From the NCBI GenBank assembly GCA_012959995.1, contig DUCC01000020.1, positions 13,744 to 77,743 of the forward strand: 64,000 nucleotides of DNA. Reading direction: 5' to 3'. The DNA is from Acidimicrobiia bacterium. Lineage in GTDB: Bacteria > Actinomycetota > Acidimicrobiia > Acidimicrobiales > MedAcidi-G1. Every line of letters begins with the position of its first letter. Within the stretch, counting starts at the first letter, position 1. The notes beneath the pieces were generated by a model. That model was given only the letters and a program-made list of their open reading frames with translations. It searched no databases and was not told the DNA's origin. Of this stretch, positions 48,144-58,196 are shown in pieces. Made by a program: the position numbers and the translations under genes.

Positions 48144-50413
48144 CCTGCGGTTCGTTGGCGGATCAGGTTTAAGGCGCTGCCGGCGCGAAACCAATCCAAC
48201 TGATCTTCAGAAAAGGTGTGCTTGGTTTCGATGTCGCTACTTGACCCATCGGCATGGTTGATGGTCATGTTCACTGGATTCCCAGGGGCGAGGTCGGCTA
48301 AGCCCGTTACGCCAATCCGGTCGTTTTCACCAATCAAGTCGTAGTCAGCGGGGTTAGCAAAGGTTAAGGCCAGCACGCCTTGTTTTTTCAAGTTGGTTTC
48401 GTGGATGCGAGCGAAAGAGCGAGCTAACACAACTTTGGCGCCGCGGAACCGGGGTTCCATGGCGGCGTGTTCCCGAGAGGACCCTTCGCCCATGTTTTCG
48501 TCACCAATGGCGATCCACGAGATGTTTGCTTCGTGGTAGCGCCGGGCAATCTCTGGGTAGGTGCGGTGCTGCCCGTCGGTTACGTCAAGGCCGGTGCCTA
48601 CTTCGCCGTTGAAGGCGTTAACGGCTCCCATGTAGACGTTGCCGGAGATGTTTTCTAAGTGGCCGCGGTAGGTGAGCCACGGGCCGGCCATCGAAATGTG
48701 GTCGGTGGTGCATTTGCCTTGGGCTTTAAGCAATACCGGCATGTCGGTAAAGTCTTGTCCGTCCCAGGCAGCAAATGGGGTCAATAATTGCAGTCGGTCG
48801 CTGGTGGGGGAGACCACCACGTTTATGTCTGAACCATCAGCGGGCGGGGCTACAAAGGTGTCTGCGCCGGGGTCGAAACCGTCGGCCGGTAGTTCTTCGC
48901 CTGCCCCAACGGTGAGGCGCACTTCTTGGCCGTCGGCGTTGGTCAAGGTGTCGGTGGCTGGGTCGAAGTCCAAACGCCCGGCCAGGGTTAAAGCGATGAC
49001 CGTTTCTGGTGAGGTTACGAAAGCGTGGGTGGAGGCGTAACCGTCGTTGCGTTTAGGGAAGTTGCGGTTGTAGCTGGTCACGATGGAGTTGGGTACGCCG
49101 TCGTCCATATCTTGGCGGTCCCATTGGCCGATGCAAGGCCCGCAAGCGTTGGCTAGCACGGTGGCGCCCAGCGCTTCGAAGTCGGCCAGTAGGCCGTCTC
49201 GCTCAATGGTGGCTCGCACCTGTTCAGACCCGGGGGTGATCAGCAACGGGATTTTGGCGGTGAGGCCTTTGGCGGTGGCATCGCGGGCGATGGATGCGGC
49301 CCGGGTGATGTCTTCGTAAGAAGAGTTGGTGCATGAACCGATTAATCCGGCGCTTACCTCGAGGGGCCAACCGTTGGCTTCGGCTTCGGCGCCCAGGTCG
49401 GCTACTGGACGGGCCAAGTCGGGGGTGTGGGGGCCGTTGATGTGGGGCGACAAGGTGTTGAGGTCAATTTCGATGACTTCGTCAAAGTAGTCGCCGGGGT
49501 TGGCTTCAACTTCGTCGTCGGCTCGAAGGTGTTGGGCCACGGCATCAGCGGCTTGTGCGATGTCTTGGCGGCCGGTGGCGCTGAGGTAGCGGCCGACGGC
49601 GTCGTCGTAAGCAAAAAGTGAGGTGGTGGCTCCGATTTCTGCGCCCATGTTGCAAATGGTGGCTTTGCCGGTGGCCGAGAGGCTGCGTGCGCCGGGGCCG
49701 AAGTATTCGACTATGGCGCCGGTGCCGCCTTTTACGGTGAGGATGTCGGCTACTTTTAGGATGACATCTTTGGGAGCGGCCCAACCGTTGAGTTGGCCGG
49801 TCAAATGGATGCCGATCAGTTTGGGCCATTTGACGTTCCAAGCAAAACCAGTCATGACATCCACGGCGTCGGCGCCGCCGACTCCGATGGCCACCATGCC
49901 GAGGCCGCCGGCGTTAGGGGTGTGGCTGTCGGTGCCGATCATCATGCCGCCGGGGAAAGCGTATTGTTCGAGTACTACTTGGTGGATTATGCCGGAACCG
50001 GGTTTCCAGAAGCCGGCTCCGTAGCGGGCGCACACGGATTGTAAGAAGTCGTAGACCTCGGCGTTACTTTCAACGGCGGTGAGTAGGTCGGCGTTGCTTT
50101 CTACTTTGGCTTGGATGAGGTGATCGCAGTGCGTGGTGGTGGGGACTTGTACTTCGTCGAGGCCAGCGGTCATGAACTGCAGCCACGCCATTTGTGCGGT
50201 GGCGTCTTGCATGGCGACCCGGTCGGGGCGCATGTCTACGTAGGAGATTCCTCGTTCGAGTTCGGCGGCTGGGTCGTCGAGGTGGTTGATGAGTATTTTT
50301 TCGGCCAGGGTGAGTGATCGGCCGAAACGTTGCCGGCCTGCGGCTAAACGTTTTTCAAGGGTGGCGTACACCTGGTTTACTAATTTGATAGGGGTGGAAG
50401 ATTCAACGGCCAT
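48140..50413 (-). CDS. Aconitate hydratase, mitochondrial-like type
   Basis: [70 protein letters not shown]. Confidence 0.94.
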   Translation of the reverse strand: MAVESSTPIKLVNQVYATLEKRLAAGRQRFGRSLTLAEKILINHLDDPAAELERGISYVDMRPDRVAMQDATAQMAWLQFMTAGLDEVQVPTTTHCDHLIQAKVESNADLLTAVESNAEVYDFLQSVCARYGAGFWKPGSGIIHQVVLEQYAFPGGMMIGTDSHTPNAGGLGMVAIGVGGADAVDVMTGFAWNVKWPKLIGIHLTGQLNGWAAPKDVILKVADILTVKGGTGAIVEYFGPGARSLSATGKATICNMGAEIGATTSLFAYDDAVGRYLSATGRQDIAQAADAVAQHLRADDEVEANPGDYFDEVIEIDLNTLSPHINGPHTPDLARPVADLGAEAEANGWPLEVSAGLIGSCTNSSYEDITRAASIARDATAKGLTAKIPLLITPGSEQVRATIERDGLLADFEALGATVLANACGPCIGQWDRQDMDDGVPNSIVTSYNRNFPKRNDGYASTHAFVTSPETVIALTLAGRLDFDPATDTLTNADGQEVRLTVGAGEELPADGFDPGADTFVAPPADGSDINVVVSPTSDRLQLLTPFAAWDGQDFTDMPVLLKAQGKCTTDHISMAGPWLTYRGHLENISGNVYMGAVNAFNGEVGTGLDVTDGQHRTYPEIARRYHEANISWIAIGDENMGEGSSREHAAMEPRFRGAKVVLARSFARIHETNLKKQGVLALTFANPADYDLIGENDRIGVTGLADLAPGNPVNMTINHADGSSSDIETKHTFSEDQLDWFRAGSALNLIRQRTAG

Positions 50414-50560
50414 GAGGGGCTACTCGCTTGTCTTAGAGGGGGTGAAGGGCGGTGCGGCGAAACTTCTTTGGCTCGCGGCGTTCGTCGTTAAGGGTAGCAA
50501 TATAAAAGCCGGTCGCCCGCCTCCGGCGCAAGGCGAAGTCCGCTGCTAAGTTGACCCCCT

Positions 50561-52321
50561 ATGGGCATTGTTGACGAGGACGTAAAAAGGGTGCGGGACC
50601 AAACCGACATCGTGCAACTTATTACCCAGCACACCCAGTTGAAGAAAAATGGTCGCCAGTGGATGGGGTTGTGCCCGTTTCATGGGGAGAAGTCGCCTTC
50701 ATTTTCGGTTAACCATGAAAAAGGTTTGTATTACTGTTTTGGTTGCCAAACCAGCGGCGACGTTATTGATTTTGTGCGCCAGATGGAGCACTTAGATTTT
50801 GCGGGTTCGGTGGAGTATTTGGCCAGTCGGGCCAATATTCCTTTGCGCTACACCGACAAGAACGAAACGCAGAAGCGGGGCCGTCGTAAAGAGTTGTTGG
50901 AGTCGGTGCAAAAAGCTGTTGATTTTTATCATGATCGTCTTTTGCGCCATCCTGATGGACGGGCGGCGCGAGATTACTTGCGAGAGCGGGGCTACGACGG
51001 TGAGGTGGCTCGCCAGTTTTCGTTGGGTTGGGCTCCGGAGGGTTGGGATAATCTGGCTAAGCATCTAAATATTTCTGCTGATGATATGCAAGATGCTGGT
51101 TTGGGTGGGTTGAGTAAACGGGGCACCAAATACGATTTTTTTCGTGAACGTATTGTTTTCCCAATTTTTGATGAGCGGGGGGATGCGGTGGGTTTCGGGG
51201 GCCGTAAGTTGCCCGACGGTGAGGGTCCGAAATATAAGAACACTTCTGATGCCGCCAAGGTGTACGCCAAAAGCCGGGTGTTGTATGGGCTGAATTGGGC
51301 AAAAACCGAAGCCGGGAAACTCGACGAAATTATTGTGTGCGAGGGCTATACCGATGTTATTGGTTTTCATTTGGCAGGTATAGAGCGGGCGGTCGCCACT
51401 TGCGGTACGGCCATGACTCCGGATCATGCTCGCAAACTCAAGTTGTTTGCTTCTCGGGTGGTGTTGGCTTATGACGCTGACGGTGCGGGCCAGGCTGCTG
51501 CCGAAAGGGTGTATGCGTGGGAAGAAGAATTTGGTTTGCAATTCGCGGTGGTTGATTTGCCGGAGGGTTCTGATCCGGGTGATATGGCACGTAATGATCC
51601 GGCGGGGTTGCGGCGGGCGGTTGAGCATGCGAAACCTTTCTTGGCTTTTCGCATTGATCGAGCGTTGGCTCGGGGTGATCTTTCTACGGTGGAGGGGCGT
51701 GCCCGAGCGGGGGAGGCAGCGGTGGGGTTGGTGGCTGAGCATCCGAATGCGTTGGTGCGTGACCAGTACTTGGTTTCTATTGCCGATCAATGCGGATTAG
51801 ATGCGGGGCAGTTGCGTCGCCGTATGGAAAACAAGCCGGCAACGAAGACGCCGCGGGCCGATTCGCCGGTGACGGCAATAACTCGACAGGTCACTACGGA
51901 GCGACAGGCTTTGCGTTTGTTGATGCATCGGCCGTCGGAGGTTACGGCGTTTTTGTCGCCGGTGTTGTTTGCTGACCCGACCATGCGACTGGCTTATGAA
52001 GCGTTGGCCGAGCATGAGGATTTGCATGAGGCTCGTGCGGCTCTTGAGGGGGAGGCGGCTGATGTGTTGAGCCAGGTGGCGGTTGATGATGCTACAGATG
52101 ACAACCCGGTGGGGGTGGTGTGCCGGTTGCTTGCTTTGGCAGCTGTTCAGGCGGCCATCATGTTGGAGGGTGAGGTTCGCCGGGGCGCCGATATGGCTTC
52201 TTTGTTGCCTGATATCACGTATTTGCGTAGACAGGCGATTGAGCTACGCGAGGTGCCAAACGATATGGCTGCTTTGGCTCCGGTGTTGCAGTGGTTTGGT
52301 ATTGGCGTCACCGATGAGTGA
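50561..52321 (+). CDS. dnaG: DNA primase
   Basis: CPFHGEKSPSF..YYCFGC zinc finger, KYKNT, CEGYTDV, AYDADGAG (TOPRIM). Confidence 0.97.
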   Translation: MGIVDEDVKRVRDQTDIVQLITQHTQLKKNGRQWMGLCPFHGEKSPSFSVNHEKGLYYCFGCQTSGDVIDFVRQMEHLDFAGSVEYLASRANIPLRYTDKNETQKRGRRKELLESVQKAVDFYHDRLLRHPDGRAARDYLRERGYDGEVARQFSLGWAPEGWDNLAKHLNISADDMQDAGLGGLSKRGTKYDFFRERIVFPIFDERGDAVGFGGRKLPDGEGPKYKNTSDAAKVYAKSRVLYGLNWAKTEAGKLDEIIVCEGYTDVIGFHLAGIERAVATCGTAMTPDHARKLKLFASRVVLAYDADGAGQAAAERVYAWEEEFGLQFAVVDLPEGSDPGDMARNDPAGLRRAVEHAKPFLAFRIDRALARGDLSTVEGRARAGEAAVGLVAEHPNALVRDQYLVSIADQCGLDAGQLRRRMENKPATKTPRADSPVTAITRQVTTERQALRLLMHRPSEVTAFLSPVLFADPTMRLAYEALAEHEDLHEARAALEGEAADVLSQVAVDDATDDNPVGVVCRLLALAAVQAAIMLEGEVRRGADMASLLPDITYLRRQAIELREVPNDMAALAPVLQWFGIGVTDE

Positions 52322-53552
52322 GACGCCGCATTGGGAAAGTGTTTCGCCGTTTGAGTTTGTGCGTCTGATTCGTCATGGGCAGTCCAGCGGAGAGTTGAAC
52401 CTTGATGAGGTGCTCGAAGTGTTGCGAGACGCTGAGTTGACCCCTGAGTTGGTGGCTGAGGTGACGATGACGTTGAAAAACGAAGGGATTGTGCTTAACG
52501 ATGCGGTGGTTGATTTATCGGATGACGTTGAGGGGGCGGCACCAAAATTAAAGAAGCCGCCGCGGAAAAAAAGTAAAAAAATTAAGGGGCAACGGTCTAA
52601 GGGTAAGGGCCGCGAGAGTGCGGATTCCACACGACAGTATTTGCAAGAAATTAACGAAGTAGATTTGCTCACTAGGGAAGAAGAGGTGTCGTTGGCCACG
52701 GCGCTGCAAGAGGGTTTGGCGGCGGAATCTACGTTGACTGCTTTGGCGGCTGCTGATGCGTTGGGTGACCTTGACCGGGCGGAACTTTCGCGTTTGCGGC
52801 GTTGTCAGCGCCGGGGGGACCAGGCCCGTGACCGTATGACACGCGCTAATTTACGTTTGGTTGTTTCGGTGGCTAAGCGACATGCGGGGCGAGGTTTGCC
52901 GCTGTTGGATTTGGTCCAAGAAGGCAACATGGGTTTAATGCGGGCGGTAGAGAAGTTTGATGCCACTATGGGTTTTAAGTTTTCTACTTACGCGACGTGG
53001 TGGATTCGCCAAGGGGTGAATCGTGCTTTGGCTGATCAGGCCCGCACTATTCGTATTCCGGTGCACATGGTTGATGCGATGAATCGGGTGATTCGTGCGC
53101 AGCGAGATTTGACGCAAGAGTTGGAACGCAAACCAACGGTGGCGGAGATTGCTGACCGGGCGGCGGTGGATCCGGCTAAGGCAGAAGAGTTGCTGCGGCT
53201 AGATTACAGCCAACGTACTTTGTCGTTGGATATGCCGATGGGGGCGGAGGGCGAGATGACCTTGTCTGATGTGTTGGCCGATGAGGATGCTGATGGGCCA
53301 GATATTGCGGCGGCTCGACAAATGTTGGGCGAAGAGGTGGTGACGGCTCTCGATGGTTTGGATGACCGTGAAAAAGAAGTGGTGCATATGCGTTTTGGCT
53401 TAGACGGGGGGAATCCGAAAACGTTGGAGGAAGTAGCGAAGCATTTTAAGGTCACGCGGGAACGGGTGCGTCAGATCGAGACCCGTACTTTGGCTAAGTT
53501 GCGGCATCCGTTGCGGTCGCAAAATCTTCGTGACTATATAGAAGACAATTAG
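52314..53552 (+). CDS. Sigma-70 family, RpoD-like group 1/2 sigma factor
   Basis: Region 1.2 (RQYLQEI..LLTREEE), NLRLVVSVAK, DLVQEGNMGL, FSTYATWWIRQ, RTIRIPVHM, VTRERVRQIE. Overlaps the dnaG stop. Confidence 0.93.
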   Translation: MSETPHWESVSPFEFVRLIRHGQSSGELNLDEVLEVLRDAELTPELVAEVTMTLKNEGIVLNDAVVDLSDDVEGAAPKLKKPPRKKSKKIKGQRSKGKGRESADSTRQYLQEINEVDLLTREEEVSLATALQEGLAAESTLTALAAADALGDLDRAELSRLRRCQRRGDQARDRMTRANLRLVVSVAKRHAGRGLPLLDLVQEGNMGLMRAVEKFDATMGFKFSTYATWWIRQGVNRALADQARTIRIPVHMVDAMNRVIRAQRDLTQELERKPTVAEIADRAAVDPAKAEELLRLDYSQRTLSLDMPMGAEGEMTLSDVLADEDADGPDIAAARQMLGEEVVTALDGLDDREKEVVHMRFGLDGGNPKTLEEVAKHFKVTRERVRQIETRTLAKLRHPLRSQNLRDYIEDN

Positions 53553-54715
53553 TTTCGGGTGGGTCGCCAACTGAGGCGTGATCCTAAGAGGTGTCCTGCG
53601 GGTGCGGTGCCGATCAGCAGGGAGAAAAACACGGTGAGCGGGTCGAGGTTTGCCCAGGCGATGAGGGTGTTGATTAGCACGAGGCGGCCGATGAGCAGGA
53701 TTCCGTGGGCGAGTTGTACACCGATGAGCCGTCGGTAACGGTCGAGGGAGGTCCTGGCGGGGCGCCCGGCAAATGTCCAAAGGTCAAGCAAGGCGATGGT
53801 GAACAAAATGCCGGCTTCTCCAGCGATTAAAGCGGAGCGGGTGAGGTTCCACCCCAGGGTGTCAAAGAGCCAGAAAAAGATGGCCCCGTCAAGCAGTAGA
53901 GCCATGAGCGACACCATGAGGTAGCGGCCGAGGGCCTGGCTGCGTAGAGGCTGCACTCGTAGGCGCAGAAGGTGGCGCAGGTAGTCGAGGTAGTGGGTGG
54001 CTTTTACTTTTGAGCTGCCAGTTTCTCGTTCAAGGAAGTAGTAGGGCGTTTCTACCACTTGGTGTATGTCGCCGCGGGCGAGTACTTCGAGCAAGATTTT
54101 GTAGCCCACGGGTTGCAGGTCGCATCCGGCGATGGCTTGGCGTTTTACTACGAAGTAGCCGCTCATGGGGTCGGTGACTTGACCAACGGTGCCGGGGAGC
54201 AGTAAGGATCCGAGGGTTTGGGCGCCTTGGGAAAGTAGCCGTCTGCTGGCTGACCAGGTGGGTACGCCCCCGCCGGGGAGGTGTCGGCTGGCTACGGCAA
54301 TGTCGGCTGGGCCGGTAAGCGAGGCCACGAGTTTGGGGAGCGTGTCGGGTGGGTGTTGGCCGTCGCCGTCGATGACGCCGAGTAGCGCCCCGTGGGCGTG
54401 GTGCCATCCGCAGATCACGGCGGTGGCGAGGCCGTTTTCGTCGTTGCGGTGGATGAGCCGTAGGGTGGGTATTTCGGTGGTTAGTTGGGTTACTACGTCA
54501 CTGGTGCCGTCGGGGCTGTTGTCGTCTACCACGATGAGTTCGTGGCTGATTTGCGCTTGGGTGAGTTGTTGGTGGAGGGAGCGAATCAGGGTGGCGATGT
54601 TGCCGGCTTCGTTGTAGGTGGGGATGACCAGACTCAGGGTTATGGCCGGGTCGCTCTCTGGGGCGATGTGTTGCGGCGAGATGCCGGCAACATTAGTAAC
54701 AGGGATAGTGGCCAT
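53549..54715 (-). CDS. GT2 polyprenol-phosphate glycosyltransferase fused to a GtrA-like membrane domain
   Basis: VIPTYNE, VVDDNSPDGT, IDGDGQHP, DPMSGYF, KILLE and four C-terminal TM segments. Confidence 0.88.
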   Translation of the reverse strand: MATIPVTNVAGISPQHIAPESDPAITLSLVIPTYNEAGNIATLIRSLHQQLTQAQISHELIVVDDNSPDGTSDVVTQLTTEIPTLRLIHRNDENGLATAVICGWHHAHGALLGVIDGDGQHPPDTLPKLVASLTGPADIAVASRHLPGGGVPTWSASRRLLSQGAQTLGSLLLPGTVGQVTDPMSGYFVVKRQAIAGCDLQPVGYKILLEVLARGDIHQVVETPYYFLERETGSSKVKATHYLDYLRHLLRLRVQPLRSQALGRYLMVSLMALLLDGAIFFWLFDTLGWNLTRSALIAGEAGILFTIALLDLWTFAGRPARTSLDRYRRLIGVQLAHGILLIGRLVLINTLIAWANLDPLTVFFSLLIGTAPAGHLLGSRLSWRPTRN

Positions 54716-54765
54716 ATGATGAATCTAGCCGTGGAATGGCTTGAGGCTTGGTTTGGTCCTGGTGG

Positions 54766-55376
54766 TTAAGGTTTGTTGACCGGTTGTCGAAGGATGGTCC
54801 GAATTTTTTCGGGGGCTACTCGTCGGGGGTCGGAAAGATATATTTCGTGGTGAAGGCCGGTGCGTTCAAGCCCTTGTTCGGCGATGAAGTCATGGAGTCG
54901 GGCGATGGTGGGGCCTTCTTCGTGGTAGGGCCCCTGGTGAAGTATTTGGGCAGCCGGGCCGTCGCCGAAAAATTCGAAGCGCACTTTGTGTCCGGCGGGT
55001 AGTTGTTTTTTATTGTTGATTGCTGGAATGAGTTGGGCAGCCATTTGAGCAGTGGCTTCTTGCGGAAGGCAAATCATGAGGGTCCATTTCCATTGGTCAT
55101 GGTCACTCTCGACAAAGGCGTTCATGTTGTCGGCCCACCAAAGGGCTTCGAGGGGAAGCACGGTGTAGGCGGTGCCGGTGGTGTCTTTTATTTCTTTACG
55201 AAAACCGTAGGCCAGCGGGTAGAGGGTGGTGATGGCGGCTAAGTAACTATCGCTGGTGTTGGGGTTGCCCTGCCCATCAATCATGAGATGGGGGCGTAAA
55301 GGCACCTCTACAAGGGCGGCTTTTCCGGTGGCTCGGTAGTGGTCTTGGTAAATTTTTTTAAGTCAATACTGGCCAT
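54766..55376 (-). pseudogene. GyrI-like small-molecule-binding protein, frameshifted in an A7 run
   Basis: ATG 55376 gives MASIDLKK. One added A gives KKIYQDHYRATGKAALVEVP..LMIDGQGNPN, PLEALWW, HQGPYHEE, HHEIYLSDPRR. Confidence 0.8.
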
Positions 55377-55440
55377 TGAGGAATTCTACTGTCCGGCGTG
55401 ATGCGTGTGGGAACCGTCCTGTTATCCTCTCACAGGTTAT

Positions 55441-55516
55441 TCCGGGGTAGCTCAGCTGGCAGAGCGTCGGACTGTTAATCCGCAGGTCGTGGGTTCGATC
55501 CCCACCCCCGGAGCCA
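55441..55516 (+). tRNA. tRNA-Asn(GTT)
   Basis: TCCGGGG/CCCCGGA acceptor stem, GTT anticodon, encoded CCA. Confidence 0.97.
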
Positions 55517-55520
55517 CTTG

Positions 55521-55552
55521 AAGGCCCCAGGCGAAAGCCTGGGGTTTTCTTA
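55521..55552 (+). terminator. Intrinsic terminator after tRNA-Asn
   Basis: CCCCAGGC-GAAA-GCCTGGGG followed by TTTTCTT. Confidence 0.85.
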
Positions 55553-55586
55553 TTTACCGTTTGTTGTGGCGGAATAGTCGGATTAT

Positions 55587-57575
55587 TTACTGAGTTTCAC
55601 TTTGCAGCAAGGTTGTGGAGTCGGGCCGTACTTCGATGGTGAATTGCCCGTTGCTGGTTTGGAGTTGGTCAAGCGGCGTGGTCATATATTTCCAGAGTTC
55701 TTCTTCGGCGGCTCGAAAGTCGAAAGTTTCGTCGGCAAATTCTTGGTTGGGCCAGCGCCGGTAGGCCTCGGCGTAGGTGTTGCGGTAAGCGTCTATGCGG
55801 TGGCGGGTGGCTGTGGTGTAAGCGTTTGGAACATCGATGCTGAGGTTGAACGATTCACCTACATGGCCGACCCGAGGTGCGGCATAGGCCAATGCTTCAA
55901 CGAGGGCTTCAGCAAGAATTGGATCGATTGCTGGGCAGTCGGCCATTATTTGTTCAACGGTGGTGCCGGCAATAGCCATGGCACTAATGGCTGCTTCTTC
56001 GTCTTCGAACTGGAATGCTGGGCAGCCGGTCAAGGCGGGTGCTACCTCTCGAGCAAATTCGTACCCTTGCGCTAGTAGTCCTCGGGCGAATTGCTCGGCC
56101 ACCGTTCGGTTTTGTCCGGCTACCACGATTGCTAATTTGTCTCCTTCCATCGAGGCGATCAGGTGGTAGGGGAAGGGGCCGTCGAGTTGGTTGATGACCG
56201 CTATTTGATTTCCTTGTAAGTGAGACAGCATCCAAAATGAGGTGGCGGTCGGTTTTGGAAGGTTGTTGATGGTGAGTAGCCCCATGCGGGAGTTGACCAT
56301 GTCTACGGTGCCCCAGTCCCATATTTCAAAGCGGTAGAGCCGGTCATGGTCTTGGGCGGCCATGGTGGCGGCCATAGCAACGTCTTCCACGGCTCCTCGG
56401 TGGTCGCAAAGCACCGCGGAAGTGTCTAGGCCGGTGGCAATTGGCACTTCTCCGTCTTTGGTGGCTATAACGCTTTGGTCGCAAGGTGTGGTGGCCTCGG
56501 CGCCGTGACCAAGGGAGGAGGCGTATTCTCCAATACTGATGGGGAGGTCAGGCTCGCTGCCCCAGGAGCGCACGGTTTCTACACTATTTTCGAAGAGGAA
56601 CTTTCCGGGTTCGGAGTAGTGATGGTAGGTCAAAAAGTCGTAGGGAGGGTCATCGCCGCAGGTTGCTTGGATGGCTTGAAGGAGGGGAGTGTCGGTGTTT
56701 CCAATGCTGTGGGCCCATGAGGAGACATCAGGTCCGCCGATGAGGATGTCGCTTTGGTCGCCCACTACTTGGCGTACGGCTTGGGCAGTGGCGCACCACA
56801 TAGTGACGAATTGATTTTGGTTTTCTTCCCACCAGATTTGGTCGGGTTCGTTCCAGATGCCGATCTGAAGGTTGGGTGCTTCGGAGTCAAAGATGGTGAG
56901 CAGTTGAGCGGTTGTTTCTTTTACATAGTCGAGCCAAGAAATTCCCGCAACGGTATCCAGCGTAGGTGGCCCGGCCCACCAGGTTTCGTCGTCGCAGGCA
57001 CAGTCAATGTCTAGGCCAACTGGGTTTCTGGGGTCTGAGGCGGAGACTTCCAACTCGCGGAGAAGGTGGGCAGAATCGTCGCCTTCCCCGACGGTGCAAC
57101 CGGTACAACTGCTGTGCAAGAAAGCGGGCACGCCCATCATGGACCAGTAAATGGGAAAACCGCGGTCGTGGAGTTCTTGCAAAACATCGTGGTTGGTGAT
57201 GGCTTGTTCTAGCGAGAACCGAGAGAAGGCTACTTTGTCCCAAAACCTCAGCGGGCCGGGTGTGCAGTCTGCCGGGTCGGGGCACATGAGGCGTTCAATG
57301 CGGTTGTAGTCTTCGGCGTCATTCATTTGCTTACCAGCATCAAGGTTGAGTGAGCGAAACAGGTCACCGAAGGGTGGGCCGGGGTTGTCAAGGTCGAGGG
57401 TTACCACAATGTCTCCGGTGGGCGGTTCGGAGGGTGTCGGGGGTTGGGTTGTGCTTGTGCTGAGAGCGGTGGTTGAAGATACAGGTGGCTCAGGAGGCTG
57501 GGTGGTGTCTTGGCTGCTGCAAGCAAAGGTGAACAGCAGTAAGCCGCTTAGCAGGGAAAACTTTTTTGCATTCAT
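55587..57575 (-). CDS. Cys-rich lipoprotein with clan GH-A (GH39-like) glycoside hydrolase features
   Basis: Lipobox TFAC after the signal peptide, Pro/Thr linker, GIWNEPD acid/base motif, IGGP, YHHY, IGEY nucleophile. TACCGT 7 nt before ATG 57575. Confidence 0.65.
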   Translation of the reverse strand: MNAKKFSLLSGLLLFTFACSSQDTTQPPEPPVSSTTALSTSTTQPPTPSEPPTGDIVVTLDLDNPGPPFGDLFRSLNLDAGKQMNDAEDYNRIERLMCPDPADCTPGPLRFWDKVAFSRFSLEQAITNHDVLQELHDRGFPIYWSMMGVPAFLHSSCTGCTVGEGDDSAHLLRELEVSASDPRNPVGLDIDCACDDETWWAGPPTLDTVAGISWLDYVKETTAQLLTIFDSEAPNLQIGIWNEPDQIWWEENQNQFVTMWCATAQAVRQVVGDQSDILIGGPDVSSWAHSIGNTDTPLLQAIQATCGDDPPYDFLTYHHYSEPGKFLFENSVETVRSWGSEPDLPISIGEYASSLGHGAEATTPCDQSVIATKDGEVPIATGLDTSAVLCDHRGAVEDVAMAATMAAQDHDRLYRFEIWDWGTVDMVNSRMGLLTINNLPKPTATSFWMLSHLQGNQIAVINQLDGPFPYHLIASMEGDKLAIVVAGQNRTVAEQFARGLLAQGYEFAREVAPALTGCPAFQFEDEEAAISAMAIAGTTVEQIMADCPAIDPILAEALVEALAYAAPRVGHVGESFNLSIDVPNAYTTATRHRIDAYRNTYAEAYRRWPNQEFADETFDFRAAEEELWKYMTTPLDQLQTSNGQFTIEVRPDSTTLLQSETQ

Positions 57576-57674
57576 TTCGCTTACGGTAGCCCCTATGTGG
57601 TGGAGATGATTGTCGCCTGTTCCACGGAAGAAAGCGTGCTTTAAGTGGCTTTGCTGGTGGTACCGTCGGCGTTG

Positions 57675-58196
57675 ATGACTGTTGATCAGGTTTCTCTTTT
57701 TCTTTCCCTTTTGGCTCTTGCGGCGCTTGGTGGGGTGGTGTTGGTGCTGGCCTCTTTGGGACGACCACTTCAAGCTATTTTGGCTCCACAAGCGCGGTCT
57801 TTGGCTTTGGTGGTCGCTGCGTCATCAATGGCGGGCAGTCTGTACTTTTCTGAAGTTGCTAACTACACGCCTTGTTTGTTGTGTTGGTGGCAGCGCATCG
57901 CTATGTACCCCTTAGTGATTATTTTGGCGGTTGGGGTGTGGCGGCGCATTAATGGTTTGGCATGGCTGGTATTACCGTTTGCTCTTATGGGGGCCGGCAC
58001 ATCGGTTTATCACTATCAGTTGCAGGCTTTTCCCGAGCAAGGTTCTTCGTGTTCTGAGGGGGCGTCGTGTGCTTTTCGGTGGGTGGAAACATTTGGCTTT
58101 ATCTCCATTCCCTTTATGGCCTTTTGCGGGTTTAGCGCTATTAGCGCTTTGATGATTCTCGATTACAAGTTCTCAACCACTAAGGAGGCGGCATGA
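57675..58196 (+). CDS. dsbB: Disulfide bond formation protein B (DsbB/BdbC)
   Basis: PCLLCWWQRIAMYP, second Cys pair C....SC, four TM segments. Confidence 0.9.
   Translation: MTVDQVSLFLSLLALAALGGVVLVLASLGRPLQAILAPQARSLALVVAASSMAGSLYFSEVANYTPCLLCWWQRIAMYPLVIILAVGVWRRINGLAWLVLPFALMGAGTSVYHYQLQAFPEQGSSCSEGASCAFRWVETFGFISIPFMAFCGFSAISALMILDYKFSTTKEAA

Noticed and set aside
55512-57650. AGCCACTT(G/A)AAG at the tRNA-Asn end and at 57639-57650 as att sites
   Set aside because: Inverted rather than direct, only 11/12 nt.
380-57791. Track N-terminal extensions (1678, 14276, 19723, 21094, 38527, 42344, 44504, 45977, 52083, 57791)
   Set aside because: They overlap neighbouring genes or lack homology-like content. 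Shorter starts have an RBS, a leaderless -10 box or stop-start coupling.
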